DNA of 64,000 bases from Nitrospirota bacterium (GCA_963663225.1 OY760142.1:2016001-2080000), one strand, 5' to 3'; shown: positions 20,308 to 32,627, counted from the stretch's first letter. Numbers and translations are program-made. The notes: a model not told the origin generated them from the sequence alone.

Positions 20308-21789
20308 TTATTTGCCGGCGGCTTTGATGGCCAGTTTGATTTTTTCAGACTTTGGGTCACGTTTTAAGGCATTTTGATACACTACCAATGCTTTCGGTTT
20401 AAGCCCGTCCTTCATGTAAAAGTTTCCCAACTCCAGGTAGTAATCAATATGGGATGGCGCCAGTTTAATGGCTTTGACGAAAAATTCTTCAGCTTCGTGG
20501 CGTCTGCGCGGCATGTGTGCAAGAGAGAGGGCCTGGTAATAAAGATATTCAGCTTTTGACGGATCAAGACGCACTGCCCCCCGGAACGCCTCTTCAGCTC
20601 CCCAAAAATTCTGCACCCGAAACTGCTTCATCCCCTCGGCAAACTGGGCGATGGCGGCAGTTTTGTTGATTTCCTCCAAGTCCATCGGCTGTCTGGTTTC
20701 CTGACCATACTTTTTGATTCCACTGGCAAGATCAAGATTGTACTGGTCGCGTTTTTCCTTGATCCGGAGTATGTGGTATGCTTCATTAATGCTTTCAAAC
20801 AGCGTTTTCATTTTCTGCTGTATGTCTGCATACTGAGGATCGGTGTATCGATCAGGGTGGTAAAGCTTGGACAGGGTATAATACGCTTTTCTGATTTCCT
20901 GTGGTGTCGCACTGTGCCCCACCCCGAGCACTTCGTAGTAATTTTGAATATCAAGGCTGTCATATGCGTTCTGGAGCAGCTCTTTGTTGACCGTTGTTTC
21001 CGTTACGACAACATCAGGTGCTGTATCATCAGAAGATCGCTGCTCGTCACGAAACAGAAATTCTCTCTCGTCCTGATCTTTTACTGCGCCCTTCTCCGCC
21101 AGTTTGAGGGCAAGAAGTATGTATAATGCGCTGAGCGTTTTCAAATCGCCGAGGTTGGATGCATTGCAAAGATCCTGGATGCTGGATTTTCCGTCAATGA
21201 GCGAAAGGATTGTGCGCTCTGTGGGATCGAGATCAGAAGCCTGAAAAGAGGGGGAAGGGTCAGAGGCTTTTCTGATAATGGTGTTCATCGAAGGAAGTGA
21301 AGCGCGAATATTCTGCCAATCGAGGCTGCGGATTCCTTCCAAGATAAGCTCTGCGGTGTTCATTTGGAAAGGGACAATTTCGGCGCCGGCCAGGACACCA
21401 TCCTCATAGCGGTACCGGCCCTCCCGCCAGGAAAAAAGATTCAGGATGTTCCGTTTTGCCTGCAACTTTGTTTGGGCAACCAGTTCCTGGGGGGTAAGAA
21501 TTCCCATTTCAAACAGGATGGAGCCGATCTTCTTCCCATTTTTTGCCTTTGTTTTTGAAGCCTTGTCAAGGTGGTCCTTGGTTATCTTTCCTGAGCTCAA
21601 CAGGTATTCTGCCACTGAATCATCGTCAGTATTAGATGAAACGAATATTATTTCGCCCTGTCTGAAAAAAATTTTGACTACTCGTGTCTCATGCTCAAAA
21701 AAGACGGTCCCTGTCTTCCGGCCTTTCCGGAGTTCCAGAATAAGCCAGGGCAGGGTCATGTATTGTATGTCACCAGTGGACGAAAGCAT
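20308..21789 (-). CDS. DUF4388-like + DnaJ (J-domain) + TPR protein
   Basis: N-terminal KTG...IFFRQGE...LFSWREGRYRY region; J-domain NYYEVLGV...YHPDRY; C-terminal TPRs. Confidence 0.85.
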   Translation of the reverse strand: MLSSTGDIQYMTLPWLILELRKGRKTGTVFFEHETRVVKIFFRQGEIIFVSSNTDDDSVAEYLLSSGKITKDHLDKASKTKAKNGKKIGSILFEMGILTPQELVAQTKLQAKRNILNLFSWREGRYRYEDGVLAGAEIVPFQMNTAELILEGIRSLDWQNIRASLPSMNTIIRKASDPSPSFQASDLDPTERTILSLIDGKSSIQDLCNASNLGDLKTLSALYILLALKLAEKGAVKDQDEREFLFRDEQRSSDDTAPDVVVTETTVNKELLQNAYDSLDIQNYYEVLGVGHSATPQEIRKAYYTLSKLYHPDRYTDPQYADIQQKMKTLFESINEAYHILRIKEKRDQYNLDLASGIKKYGQETRQPMDLEEINKTAAIAQFAEGMKQFRVQNFWGAEEAFRGAVRLDPSKAEYLYYQALSLAHMPRRRHEAEEFFVKAIKLAPSHIDYYLELGNFYMKDGLKPKALVVYQNALKRDPKSEKIKLAIKAAGK

Positions 21790-21897
21790 AAGGCACCTAG
21801 TTGGAAAAATAATATAGCATTTTTTGGCAGTTTATGCACGTTTTTTTGATCTGGGACCATAATGTGCGATGATAGTGCACATCTCGACAGAAAACAG

Positions 21898-21926
21898 TTG
21901 ACATCTTCTATGAATTTATTTATAGT
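21898..21926 (+). promoter_or_regulatory. Sigma70-like promoter upstream of the PilZ gene
   Basis: TTGACA-N17-TATAGT. Confidence 0.65.
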
Positions 21927-22099
21927 TTAAGCCTAAGACTTTATGATGAGGTCATGCAAGAGACAGTGCGATGTTTGTCATTTTAAAACCCGGGAAGAAA
22001 TCTATGAGCATGACGGAGCAGGATGAGGTGTACAATATAAATACATACGATAAGAATTAACGGAGATACACACTACTTAATTTAAAGAGGGATACCGGT

Positions 22100-22435
22100 A
22101 TGGCTCTTTATGGAATTAATAAGAGAAACGGCGGACGAGCAAAAAGGGAGCTTGCCGCAGGGGTGAAAACAGGCAATGACCTCAAGCAGGTCTACACGAT
22201 TGATTTTTCCCAGGGCGGTGTAAAGATCGGAGGCGCAAAGCTTCAGCTTCCGCTGGGTGCCCCCGTGGAACTTTTTTTGGAAAAAAAGGGTGAAAAAATC
22301 CCTTTTCTAGGGCGCATCGCGAGAAATGACGGAATATATCACATCAACCGCATCGGACGCGATGCAAATGCTTTTTTTGTCAAAATTACGGATGAACGTT
22401 TTTCTGCATTTGTTAAAGAAGCCTACCAAGTGTGA
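22100..22435 (+). CDS. Stand-alone PilZ-domain protein
   Basis: RxxxR (RNGGR) and DxSxxG (DFSQGG) c-di-GMP motifs. Confidence 0.75.
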   Translation: MALYGINKRNGGRAKRELAAGVKTGNDLKQVYTIDFSQGGVKIGGAKLQLPLGAPVELFLEKKGEKIPFLGRIARNDGIYHINRIGRDANAFFVKITDERFSAFVKEAYQV

Positions 22436-22553
22436 CACTCCTGCTGCAAAAACATTCTTCTCGCCAATAAATAGTGATCCCTTCCCAATACAGGATGTTT
22501 TCAACGTGGCAGGCCAAACGACATGATTATTGTTCAGAGGCCGCTTGGAGGAT

Positions 22554-23939
22554 CTATTTCTGCAAGCCGAGTTTTTTCCTGAGGGTCAAACGATTAATGC
22601 CGAGCAGACGTGCTGCTTCAGACTGATTCTCCCTCGTATATGACAAAACATACTCAAAGAGAAGCGTATCCAATTCATGATGGATTTTTTCATAGATATT
22701 CCGCTCTTTTTTGTCGAGTGCTTCTTTTAACGAGCTGATAAACGATTCTGGAATGATACCGGAGAAATCCGGTTGCTGTTTTGGAATGACATAGGCCCCC
22801 AGATCCCTGATTTCGTGGGTCGTGAGAAAATCAGTTTTGCACAGTGCAATGGCGGATCGGATTGTATTTTCCAATTCGCGGATATTTCCCGGCCAGTCAT
22901 AGTCGAGCAGTTTTCTTAGGAATGTTCTGGTGACCCCCTTGATCGGTTTTTGTGCTGTGTGGGAGTGCCGGTAAAAAAGACACTGAACCAGCGAGGCAAT
23001 GTCTTTTTTCCGGTCCCGGAGTGGTGGGACGTGGATCGAGGCAACACGCAAACGATGATAGAGGTCTTCGCGGAATTTTCCCTCCCGTACCATGGCGGTC
23101 AGATTCCTGTTGGTAGCGGAAATCACGCGCACATTCACGTGGACTTCCCGTGTGCTTCCCACCGGATAAAAAGTCTGGGTCTGGAGAAAGCGGAGCAATT
23201 TCCCCTGCAGCGACAGCGGCAGCTCTCCGACTTCATCGAAGAATACACATCCTGCGTCTGCGGTTTTCAACATGCCTTCTTTTGTTGCAACTGCACCGGT
23301 GAATGCACCCTTTTCATGGCCGAACAATTCCGACTCAAGCAGAGTGTCGGGCACGGCGGCTGCATTAATTACAACGAACGGCTTGCCGAACCGGGAGGAA
23401 AGCTGGGCAATGGCTTCAGCCACAAGTTCCTTGCCGGTGCCGGTTTCTCCGGTGATCAGTACGGGGACCTCTACCTGCGCAACGCGGGCGACTTTCTCGC
23501 AAAGACTCATTACCAGTGATGATTGGCCGACGATTACGCACGTGGCTGCAGGAGCAAGGGTGTCCTTCGCGATTGTTATTGGGTTTTCCAGTTCTTTTTT
23601 CAGCTCGGACAATTGTTCCAGAAGTTCGGCTATGCGTTCTTTTTTAAACGGCAGCTGCAAAATCTCATAGGCACCCCATGTGGCGGCTTCCATGACTGGG
23701 GTGGTTTTTTCCTGGGCTGTTGTAGCAATAACGAATAGTTTGTTTGCATACTCCTTGATATGGTGTGCCCCGATGGTATCCAGGTCAAAAAAAATGCACG
23801 ATATATCAGGGGTCAATGAGATGTTTGATTGTTGTGACCGCGCGAGCTTGTAACCTTTCGGAAGAACATCAGACAGTTTTCTCGCAAAATTTTCAGTGTC
23901 TTCGCTTACAGCCAGAATTTTTTGCATGCGGTTTTCCAC
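22554..23939 (-). CDS. Sigma54-dependent enhancer-binding protein with atypical receiver
   Basis: GETGTGKE, ESELFGHEKGAFTGA, FDEVGE, FREDLYHRL, WPGNIREL; Fis-type HTH NQSEAARLLGINR. Confidence 0.94.
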   Translation of the reverse strand: MENRMQKILAVSEDTENFARKLSDVLPKGYKLARSQQSNISLTPDISCIFFDLDTIGAHHIKEYANKLFVIATTAQEKTTPVMEAATWGAYEILQLPFKKERIAELLEQLSELKKELENPITIAKDTLAPAATCVIVGQSSLVMSLCEKVARVAQVEVPVLITGETGTGKELVAEAIAQLSSRFGKPFVVINAAAVPDTLLESELFGHEKGAFTGAVATKEGMLKTADAGCVFFDEVGELPLSLQGKLLRFLQTQTFYPVGSTREVHVNVRVISATNRNLTAMVREGKFREDLYHRLRVASIHVPPLRDRKKDIASLVQCLFYRHSHTAQKPIKGVTRTFLRKLLDYDWPGNIRELENTIRSAIALCKTDFLTTHEIRDLGAYVIPKQQPDFSGIIPESFISSLKEALDKKERNIYEKIHHELDTLLFEYVLSYTRENQSEAARLLGINRLTLRKKLGLQK

Positions 23940-24036
23940 CTCCCTCGTCTATATAAAAAATATACAATATATATAAAAAATAATCAACTGCTTCTCGTGT
24001 GGTTCGTCTTTGTCCTTTTTTTTCGAGTAGTTCTGC

Positions 24037-24052
24037 TGGCATGCGTGTTGCT
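24037..24052 (+). promoter_or_regulatory. Sigma54 -24/-12 promoter of the metY operon
   Basis: TGGCAT-GCGTG-TTGCT with GG-N10-GC spacing, about 80 bp upstream of metY and divergent from the enhancer-binding protein gene. Confidence 0.8.
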
Positions 24053-24076
24053 ATATTTGGGTAAAGCGTTCGATGA

Positions 24077-25423
<1,347 letters not shown>

Positions 25424-25426
25424 GCT

Positions 25427-27181
25427 ATGAACCTTGAACAATCGCAGGCTGTTGTCCTTCAAGAAAAACAGGATATCATGGAATCCGGGACTCAGTTCAT
25501 TACCTTTTCATCCTTGAAACTTGAGAATGGAGAAGAACTGTCTCCAATAACTCTTGCGTATGAAACATATGGAAACTTGAATCAACGCAGGGACAATGCG
25601 ATTCTCATTTGCCACGCCCTGACGGGAGATGCGCATGCTGCCGGTATAAGCAAAGAAACGGGAAAAAACGGCTGGTGGGACGACATGATCGGTCCGGGGA
25701 AAGCCTTCGATACGAACAGGTATTTCGTTATCTGTTCGAATGTGATCGGCGGATGCAAAGGGTCCACCGGACCATCATCGGTGAATCCACTCACCGCAAA
25801 GCCGTATGGGTTGGATTTTCCCGTTATCACGATCGGAGACATGGTTAATGCGCAAGTGAAGCTTGTGGATCATCTCGGCATCGGCAAGCTCCTGTGCGTG
25901 GCAGGTGGTTCCATGGGCGGAATGCAGGTTCTGGAATGGATGGTCTCCCATCACGAACGGGTTCGGAGTGCAATTCCGATATCAACTGCCGCACGGCATT
26001 CACCTCAGCAAATTGCCTTCAATGAAGTGGGCAGGCAGTCCATTATGGCTGACATAAACTGGAAAGATGGAAATTATTACGACGCTACTGCGCCGGGCAG
26101 GGGCTTGTCCGTGGCCCGGATGCTCGGACATATCACGTATATGAGCGATCTCTCCATGCAGGAGAAATTCGGCAGACGATTCCGGGAGAATCGAGAGTCG
26201 TTCAAATTTACAGCAGATTTCGAGGTAGAGGGATATCTGCACTATCGGGGACACAGCTTTATCGAGCAATTTGATGCCAACACCTATCTGTTCATTACGA
26301 AGGCCATGGACCGTTTCGACGTTGCACGCGGTAAAAGACTTCCCGATGCATTTGCGCGTGTAAAGGCAAAAGTGCTGGTGATTTCCTTTAAATCGGACTG
26401 GCTGTATCCCTGCTATCAGTCCGAAGCTCTTGTGAAAGCGTGCAAGGCGGCCGGCGTGGATGCCACATTCTGTGTTGTTGATTCCAACTACGGGCATGAT
26501 GCTTTTTTGATAGAGACGGAAGAAGAAACGCATCTTATCAAACATTACCTGGAAGGCGTCAACCGGGAAAACGGTATTGTAGTTTTCGATGTCGACGAAC
26601 CGGTATCCTTGAACCATCAGATAATCCTCGATCTGGTTCGCCCGGGGTCTTCGGTCCTGGACCTCGGGTGCGGTGACGGCGCGTTGCTTTCTCTTCTGGT
26701 TCAGGAAAAGAATGCGAAGGCCCAGGGCATCGAGAAAGACAGCAAGGCGATATACAAATGCGTGGCGAGAGGATTGAGCGTTTTTCACGGCGATCTTGAT
26801 GTCGGTTTGGTCGAGTATGGTGACAAAACGTTCGACTACATTATCCTGAACGAAAGCCTGCAGCAGGTCGCTTACCCTGATCGGGTTCTTACCGAAGCGC
26901 TGCGGGTCGGCAAGGAAGTAATCATCGGTTTTCCGAATTTTGCCCATATAGCGTCGAGATCGCATATATTTTTCAAAGGGAGATCGCCGGTCACCCTGTC
27001 GCTGCCGTACGAATGGCATGAAACCCCGAATCTGCACTTCCTAAGCATTTCGGACTTTATCGCATACTGTAGAAGGAGGAACATAAAAATTACCACGTCT
27101 GCCTTTATCAGCAAAAACAGGACGATACGATGGTTACCGAATTTGTTCGCACAAACAGGACTGTTTGTTATTACGATCTGA
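25427..27181 (+). CDS. metX: Homoserine O-acetyltransferase fused to a MetW methyltransferase-like domain
   Basis: CHALTGDAH, GGSMGGMQ, SDWLYP, YGHDAFL, then in frame VLDLGCGDG...FPNFAH...WHETPNLH (MetW). Confidence 0.92.
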   Translation: MNLEQSQAVVLQEKQDIMESGTQFITFSSLKLENGEELSPITLAYETYGNLNQRRDNAILICHALTGDAHAAGISKETGKNGWWDDMIGPGKAFDTNRYFVICSNVIGGCKGSTGPSSVNPLTAKPYGLDFPVITIGDMVNAQVKLVDHLGIGKLLCVAGGSMGGMQVLEWMVSHHERVRSAIPISTAARHSPQQIAFNEVGRQSIMADINWKDGNYYDATAPGRGLSVARMLGHITYMSDLSMQEKFGRRFRENRESFKFTADFEVEGYLHYRGHSFIEQFDANTYLFITKAMDRFDVARGKRLPDAFARVKAKVLVISFKSDWLYPCYQSEALVKACKAAGVDATFCVVDSNYGHDAFLIETEEETHLIKHYLEGVNRENGIVVFDVDEPVSLNHQIILDLVRPGSSVLDLGCGDGALLSLLVQEKNAKAQGIEKDSKAIYKCVARGLSVFHGDLDVGLVEYGDKTFDYIILNESLQQVAYPDRVLTEALRVGKEVIIGFPNFAHIASRSHIFFKGRSPVTLSLPYEWHETPNLHFLSISDFIAYCRRRNIKITTSAFISKNRTIRWLPNLFAQTGLFVITI

Positions 27182-27323
27182 TGCGGAGGATTTTGAAGAT
27201 AATGCTGTTTTCTTCTCCGGGAGAACCAGTGCGGCACCGGAAAACCCTTCTGGAAAAATAAAAATACATACGGTATAATATTTTTTTACATCAGGTATTT
27301 ACTTTTTCAGGAGGAATGAATTC

Positions 27324-28484
27324 ATGAAGGTTTATTTCGACAACAATGCGACTTCCCCGCTGGCTCCCGAAGTTCTGGACGCCATGCTGCCTTTTTTCAA
27401 GGACAAATACGGCAATGCGTCATCCGTCTATTCGCTGGGGCGGGAAGCAAAGAAATCACTGGAGAGCTCACGGGAAACTCTTGCCGGCATCCTGGGCGCG
27501 AACCGGCCGGACTGCATCTGCTTTACCGGATCCGGATCGGAAGCAGACAATATGGCACTCCGGGGAGTTGCCCGCGCGCATGCGCAGAAAGGGAAGCATA
27601 TCGTCACTTCAACGGTGGAGCACCATGCCATTCTGAATACCTGCAAATATCTCGAAGAGCATGGTTTTGAAGTGACCTACGTAAAACCTGATGAATCGGG
27701 GCTTGTGAGCGCTGAAGCCGTGGCCACGGCTCTCCGGAGCGACACGATACTCGTTTCCATTATGCATGCCAACAATGAGGTCGGGACGATCAATCCGATT
27801 TCAGAAATCGCAAAGATTGTAAAAGCCCGCGGCATCCTGTTTCACACTGATGCCGTGCAGAGTTTCTGCAAGGTTCCTGTTAGCGTGGATTCGCTTGGCG
27901 TTGACCTGTTGTCCCTCTCCGCCCATAAGATACACGGGCCGAAAGGAGTCGGCGCTCTGTATATCCGGGAGGGAGTCCAGATTCCGCCTCTTGTGTACGG
28001 TGGACATCAGGAAGGAAACCGCCGGGCCGGGACCGAAAATATAGCCGGGATTGCCGGCCTTGCACGGGCAGCGCAGCTGGCGACAGGCAGCAGAGAACAG
28101 ATCATTCAAAAGATGAAGACCTTACGGGACAGGCTGGAGAAGGGATTGCTGCAGACAATACCGCACACAAAACTGAACGGCCATCCCGTGCACCGGTTGC
28201 CGAATACCCTGAACCTGTCTTTCCCGTTCATTGAGGCGGAATCTCTGATTCTTGACCTGGATATGAAAGGAGTAGCGGTTTCATCAGGGTCAGCATGCCA
28301 GTCCGGAACCGGAGATCCTTCTCATGTCCTTTTGTCCATGGGGATTGCTCCGGAAATATGCCGCGGCTCCCTGCGGTTTTCGCTGGGGTCTCAAAGCACA
28401 GATGAAGAAGTTGAATACGTTCTGAATACCCTGCCTGCCATTGTTGAGCGGATCAGATCGATGTCGCCTCTTGCTCCGATGTAA
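27324..28484 (+). CDS. nifS: Cysteine desulfurase (NifS/IscS group I)
   Basis: YFDNNATS, HTDAVQ, SAHKIHGPKGVG, SSGSAC. Confidence 0.93.
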   Translation: MKVYFDNNATSPLAPEVLDAMLPFFKDKYGNASSVYSLGREAKKSLESSRETLAGILGANRPDCICFTGSGSEADNMALRGVARAHAQKGKHIVTSTVEHHAILNTCKYLEEHGFEVTYVKPDESGLVSAEAVATALRSDTILVSIMHANNEVGTINPISEIAKIVKARGILFHTDAVQSFCKVPVSVDSLGVDLLSLSAHKIHGPKGVGALYIREGVQIPPLVYGGHQEGNRRAGTENIAGIAGLARAAQLATGSREQIIQKMKTLRDRLEKGLLQTIPHTKLNGHPVHRLPNTLNLSFPFIEAESLILDLDMKGVAVSSGSACQSGTGDPSHVLLSMGIAPEICRGSLRFSLGSQSTDEEVEYVLNTLPAIVERIRSMSPLAPM

Positions 28485-28543
28485 GTGATCGGGGGAAACG
28501 CTGCTGAATGACGCGGTGAGGCGGGTTTTTGAAAGGATAGAGT

Positions 28544-29479
28544 ATGCCGAAAATTTATTCAGATGTAACAAAAACCATCGGGAACACTCCTCTGGTGAGA
28601 ATCAATAAGCTTGCACAGGGCTTGCAAGCCGAGGTGGTGGCTAAAGTCGAAAAAAACAACCCGCTCGCAAGCGTGAAAGACCGCATCGGCCTCGCGATGA
28701 TCGAAGCGGCTGAAGAAGCAGGGGTGATCGGCAGAGACTCGGTGATCATCGAACCTACAAGCGGCAATACCGGCATCGCATTGGCGTATGTTTGCGCCGT
28801 CAAAGGCTACCGGTTGATCCTGACCATGCCTGATACCATGAGCAAAGAACGGAGGGCTCTTCTGAAAATTCTCGGGGCGGAGGTGGTCCTCACGGAAGGC
28901 GCCAAGGGCATGAAAGGGGCCATTGAAAAGGCGGAGCAACTGTCAAGAGAGCATAAGGGGACATTCATACCACAGCAATTCAAGAACTCGGCAAATGTGG
29001 ATGCGCACAGAAGGACCACCGCCCTGGAAATATGGAACGACACGGATGGAAAAGTAGACGTTCTCGTGGCAGGCGTCGGGACCGGGGGGACCATCACCGG
29101 CACTGCCCAGGTCCTGAAGCAGAAGAAACCTTCTTTTAAGGCAATAGCCGTCGAACCGAAGGATTCTCCCGTTCTTTCAGGTGGCAAGCCCGGACCGCAC
29201 AAAATACAGGGGATCGGCGCGGGGTTTGTCCCCGATATTCTGCAAATGGATCTTCTTGACGAGATCATCCAGGTTTCAAATGAGAACGCAGGAATATTTG
29301 CCCGGAGAGCCGCGAGAGAGGAAGGCCTTTTGGTCGGGATATCGTCCGGCGCGGCGCTGTGGGCCGCGCTCGAAGTGGCAAAACGGCCTGAAAATTTTGG
29401 AAAACTGATTGTTGTTATTCTGCCTGATACAGGCGAACGGTATTTGTCGACGTGGCTGTTTGAGGAATATATGCAGTGA
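28544..29479 (+). CDS. cysK: Cysteine synthase A
   Basis: [44 protein letters not shown]. Confidence 0.96.
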   Translation: MPKIYSDVTKTIGNTPLVRINKLAQGLQAEVVAKVEKNNPLASVKDRIGLAMIEAAEEAGVIGRDSVIIEPTSGNTGIALAYVCAVKGYRLILTMPDTMSKERRALLKILGAEVVLTEGAKGMKGAIEKAEQLSREHKGTFIPQQFKNSANVDAHRRTTALEIWNDTDGKVDVLVAGVGTGGTITGTAQVLKQKKPSFKAIAVEPKDSPVLSGGKPGPHKIQGIGAGFVPDILQMDLLDEIIQVSNENAGIFARRAAREEGLLVGISSGAALWAALEVAKRPENFGKLIVVILPDTGERYLSTWLFEEYMQ

Positions 29480-29508
29480 AGAAAAGAGTCCGGTAAAAAA
29501 AGACGGGC

Positions 29509-31266
29509 TTATGTAATGAAAATCCTGATCCGGGTCCCTGTTCCGGGAGTGCTTTCAATCTGGAGATCCCATCCGTGGGCCTTTACTAAATGCTTTACTA
29601 TCGCCAGGCCGAGTCCGGTTCCTCCCATGTTCCGTGAACGTCCGGCATCCACCCGGTAGAACCGCTCGCCCAGCCGCGAAAGGTGTTTTGGCGGGATCCC
29701 GATTCCGGTGTCTTCCACAAAGAAGTAAGTTCTTCCATTTTCCTCGGACGCACCAAGCGTCACTCCGCCTATTTCCGTAAACTTGACCGCATTGTCCACA
29801 AGGTTGGTCAGTATCTGGATCAATCTGTCCCGGTCTGCCTCAATTGTTCCAAGATTCTGCATAATGGCAGTTTTCAGGTAGAGGCCTTTTTGTGCGGCCT
29901 TGTCCTTGAGCACTGCCAGTACGGCCTCCGCAGCGTCGTCAAAAATGACCGGTGATTTTTCAACTTTCGTCACCCCTAGTTCAATTTTGGATATGGTCAT
30001 AAGATCGTCCACGAGGCTGTTGATCCGCTGGCTGTTGGCCTTGATGGTCTGAATGAATCGTTCGGCATGCTCTCTGTCGCTTATGGCGCCTTCCAGAAGG
30101 GTCTCTGCAAAGCCGTGAATGGCGGTGATCGGCGTTTTTATTTCATGGGAAATGTTTGCGACAAAATCCTTCCTTACCTGTTCGAGCTTTTTTAACTGCG
30201 TGATGTCATGGAATATGGCGATGAAGCCGGAAAGCGCATTTTCGCCGCGGTACTGAAGCGGAGACACCCGTACGATGCAGTAGCGCTCCTGAGGATGATC
30301 GAGTGTAAGTTCTGTCATACCTGCCGTCTGTCCATGCCGGACCTCATCCAGAAGCTGCAGAAACTCTCTGCTCCGCACCACTTCAACGAATTGCTTTCCT
30401 TCCGGAGGAACATCGCCGAAAAAAAGCCTGGAGGTCGCGCTCGAAAATCTGATGATTTCTTTCGCATCACTGATGAGCAGCGCATCAGGAATACTGGTCA
30501 GAATTGCGGCAAGCCGGTCGTTTTCCTCTTCGATCTGGTGGATGTTCTTTTTTAATTCGACAGACATGGTATTCAGACTTTCGGCAATCTCGGCGAATTC
30601 TCCGGAGCTTCCCAGAAACAGCTTTTTGCCGACTTCGCCCCGTGCGACTCGGCCGGAAAAATCACGGATCTGTCCGGTCAGCTTACGGATGCGTTCGATT
30701 TGCCACGCTGAAAACATGCCAGCCACCAGCAGAACGAAAAGAACAACGGCGAGTATCTGCATTTTGAGAGCATTGATTGCTTCATCCACCTTGTGCAGGG
30801 GAACGCTCAGTCTGATGTAGCCCGTCGGGTTATTCTGGTGTGTGATTTGCCTGGCCACGTAGAGAAAATCGCGTTTTACGGTATCGCTAATCCGTATTGC
30901 CATGCCCGTGCCGGTCATCTGCGCCTGTTGTATTTCCTGCCGGAGGCCGTGATTCTCCATCATGGACGAGGCCATATCGGAATCGCCGAGCACTTTTCCG
31001 TCGAGGTTGACAATGGTTATGCGTGCGCCGCTTTCTGTTTTGAGTTCTTTGCAGACTTCATCAAGGGTTGCTTTGGGTGTGAAAGAAACGGTCCGCGCGA
31101 TCAGGGCCGCCTGCACCAGAAGGTTTTCCTTTAGGTCGTTGATATGCCGTTCCCTGACGGTATCGGCAATGTATAATTGCACAGATATGACCGCCAGAAG
31201 CATAATAAGTGCGTACAGGACAAATATGCGTTTGAAAAGGCTCGGCCGGCCGGTTTTATTCAACAT
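29509..31266 (-). CDS. phoR: Phosphate regulon sensor kinase
   Basis: TM-periplasmic-TM-HAMP-PAS layout; RKDFVANISHEIKTP, ERFYRVD, GGTGLGLAIVKH. Confidence 0.9.
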   Translation of the reverse strand: MLNKTGRPSLFKRIFVLYALIMLLAVISVQLYIADTVRERHINDLKENLLVQAALIARTVSFTPKATLDEVCKELKTESGARITIVNLDGKVLGDSDMASSMMENHGLRQEIQQAQMTGTGMAIRISDTVKRDFLYVARQITHQNNPTGYIRLSVPLHKVDEAINALKMQILAVVLFVLLVAGMFSAWQIERIRKLTGQIRDFSGRVARGEVGKKLFLGSSGEFAEIAESLNTMSVELKKNIHQIEEENDRLAAILTSIPDALLISDAKEIIRFSSATSRLFFGDVPPEGKQFVEVVRSREFLQLLDEVRHGQTAGMTELTLDHPQERYCIVRVSPLQYRGENALSGFIAIFHDITQLKKLEQVRKDFVANISHEIKTPITAIHGFAETLLEGAISDREHAERFIQTIKANSQRINSLVDDLMTISKIELGVTKVEKSPVIFDDAAEAVLAVLKDKAAQKGLYLKTAIMQNLGTIEADRDRLIQILTNLVDNAVKFTEIGGVTLGASEENGRTYFFVEDTGIGIPPKHLSRLGERFYRVDAGRSRNMGGTGLGLAIVKHLVKAHGWDLQIESTPGTGTRIRIFIT

Positions 31267-31945
31267 AGTAGCCCACGCCTCTTCGCGTTTTTATATACAC
31301 GGGATCCGCGGGATCGTCTTCTATCTGGGTCCTCAAGCGTCTGATGTGCACGTCGACGGTCCTGGGCTCAACAAATGTTTCGTCTTTCCATACTGCATCA
31401 AGCAGTTGGTCGCGGCTGAACACCCTGCCCCTTCTTTCCACCAGATACACCAGAAGCTTGAATTCCGTGGCGCTGAGGTGAACAGGGGCTTCACGCTTCT
31501 GCACGCTGTATCGTTCCATGTCGATGCTGAGGTCTCCGAGGCGGATCACTTTTTCCGGTGTCGTCTTTTTGCCGGTCCTTCTGAGAACGGCGTTAATACG
31601 GGCTATAAGCTCCTTGGGGCTGAAGGGCTTTGTTATATAATCGTCCGCACCGGTTTCCAACCCGCGGATTTTATCCGTTTCATCTCCTTTTGCCGTAAGC
31701 ATGATGATGGGAAGGTGCTCTGTTTTTTGGTTCTGTCTGAGGATGCGGCAGAGCTCTAAACCCTGGATGCCGGGAAGCATAAGGTCAAGCACGATGAGAT
31801 GAAAGTCGTTTTTTTTGATCTGCAGCAGAGCGTCTTCGCTGTCTGCAGCCGACGTGACCGAAAAGCCCGCTTTTTTGAGGTTGTACGAAACCAGTTCAAC
31901 AAGATCCGGCTCGTCATCTACGATGAGAATGTTTTTATTGTTCAT
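31256..31945 (-). CDS. phoB: Phosphate regulon response regulator (OmpR/PhoB family)
   Basis: Receiver plus winged helix; SRDQLLDAVW, RTVDVHIRRLR; overlaps the phoR start. Confidence 0.88.
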   Translation of the reverse strand: MNNKNILIVDDEPDLVELVSYNLKKAGFSVTSAADSEDALLQIKKNDFHLIVLDLMLPGIQGLELCRILRQNQKTEHLPIIMLTAKGDETDKIRGLETGADDYITKPFSPKELIARINAVLRRTGKKTTPEKVIRLGDLSIDMERYSVQKREAPVHLSATEFKLLVYLVERRGRVFSRDQLLDAVWKDETFVEPRTVDVHIRRLRTQIEDDPADPVYIKTRRGVGYYVE

Positions 31946-31993
31946 GGTGTCATAGTACCGATTACTGCAACGGCGCTGCAGAGTGTGTATAGA

Positions 31994-32425
31994 TTATTGA
32001 CCTTCAAGAGCAAGAAGCCGTTGGCGAAGGGCATCCGGTATGGCTGTTTTTTCCCCTTTATGATAATTGTACATGACAATCACCCCGTCTCCTTCAGCGG
32101 CGATCCGTTGGTGGCGGTGGCTCACGACCACATGCTTCATGGTAACCCTGTCTTCCTCGATGCGGGTGACCTTTGCACCCACGGAGACTGTATCAGGATA
32201 CGTGAGCGGCAGTTTGAATGTACAGTTCACCGAACCGAGTATGGGGCCGATGCCCGTTTGCGTTCGATATTCATGCAAACCTACTTTTTGGGCATAGACA
32301 ATGCGGGCGTTTTCGAAATAGCGGAAGTATACTACGTTATTTACGTGTTGAAAGGCATCCATGTCGCCCCAGGCTATGGGGAATTCCACAACGACAGGGT
32401 AGCCTGCTAAGAGATGATGCACCAT
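31994..32425 (-). CDS. Acyl-CoA thioesterase (4HBT/YbgC hot-dog fold)
   Basis: WGDMDAFQHVNNVVYFRYFENAR; AAGGA RBS before ATG 32425. Confidence 0.9.
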   Translation of the reverse strand: MVHHLLAGYPVVVEFPIAWGDMDAFQHVNNVVYFRYFENARIVYAQKVGLHEYRTQTGIGPILGSVNCTFKLPLTYPDTVSVGAKVTRIEEDRVTMKHVVVSHRHQRIAAEGDGVIVMYNYHKGEKTAIPDALRQRLLALEGQ

Positions 32426-32627
32426 GGTTTCCTTCTGATCTATATGGCCATTATTATATGGGAGAAGTATGCAGTAATTCTTTTTCCTTGTCAAGATGAA
32501 GAAATTTCCGTCATTTTTGCCTAATCCTCCGCGAAAGGCATTATAATGGTGAAATTAAGCTTTGCAACTTGGTATAATGTTTTAAATTATCTGGTGTTCA
32601 AGCCAAGGATGCGTTTATACAGGAGTC

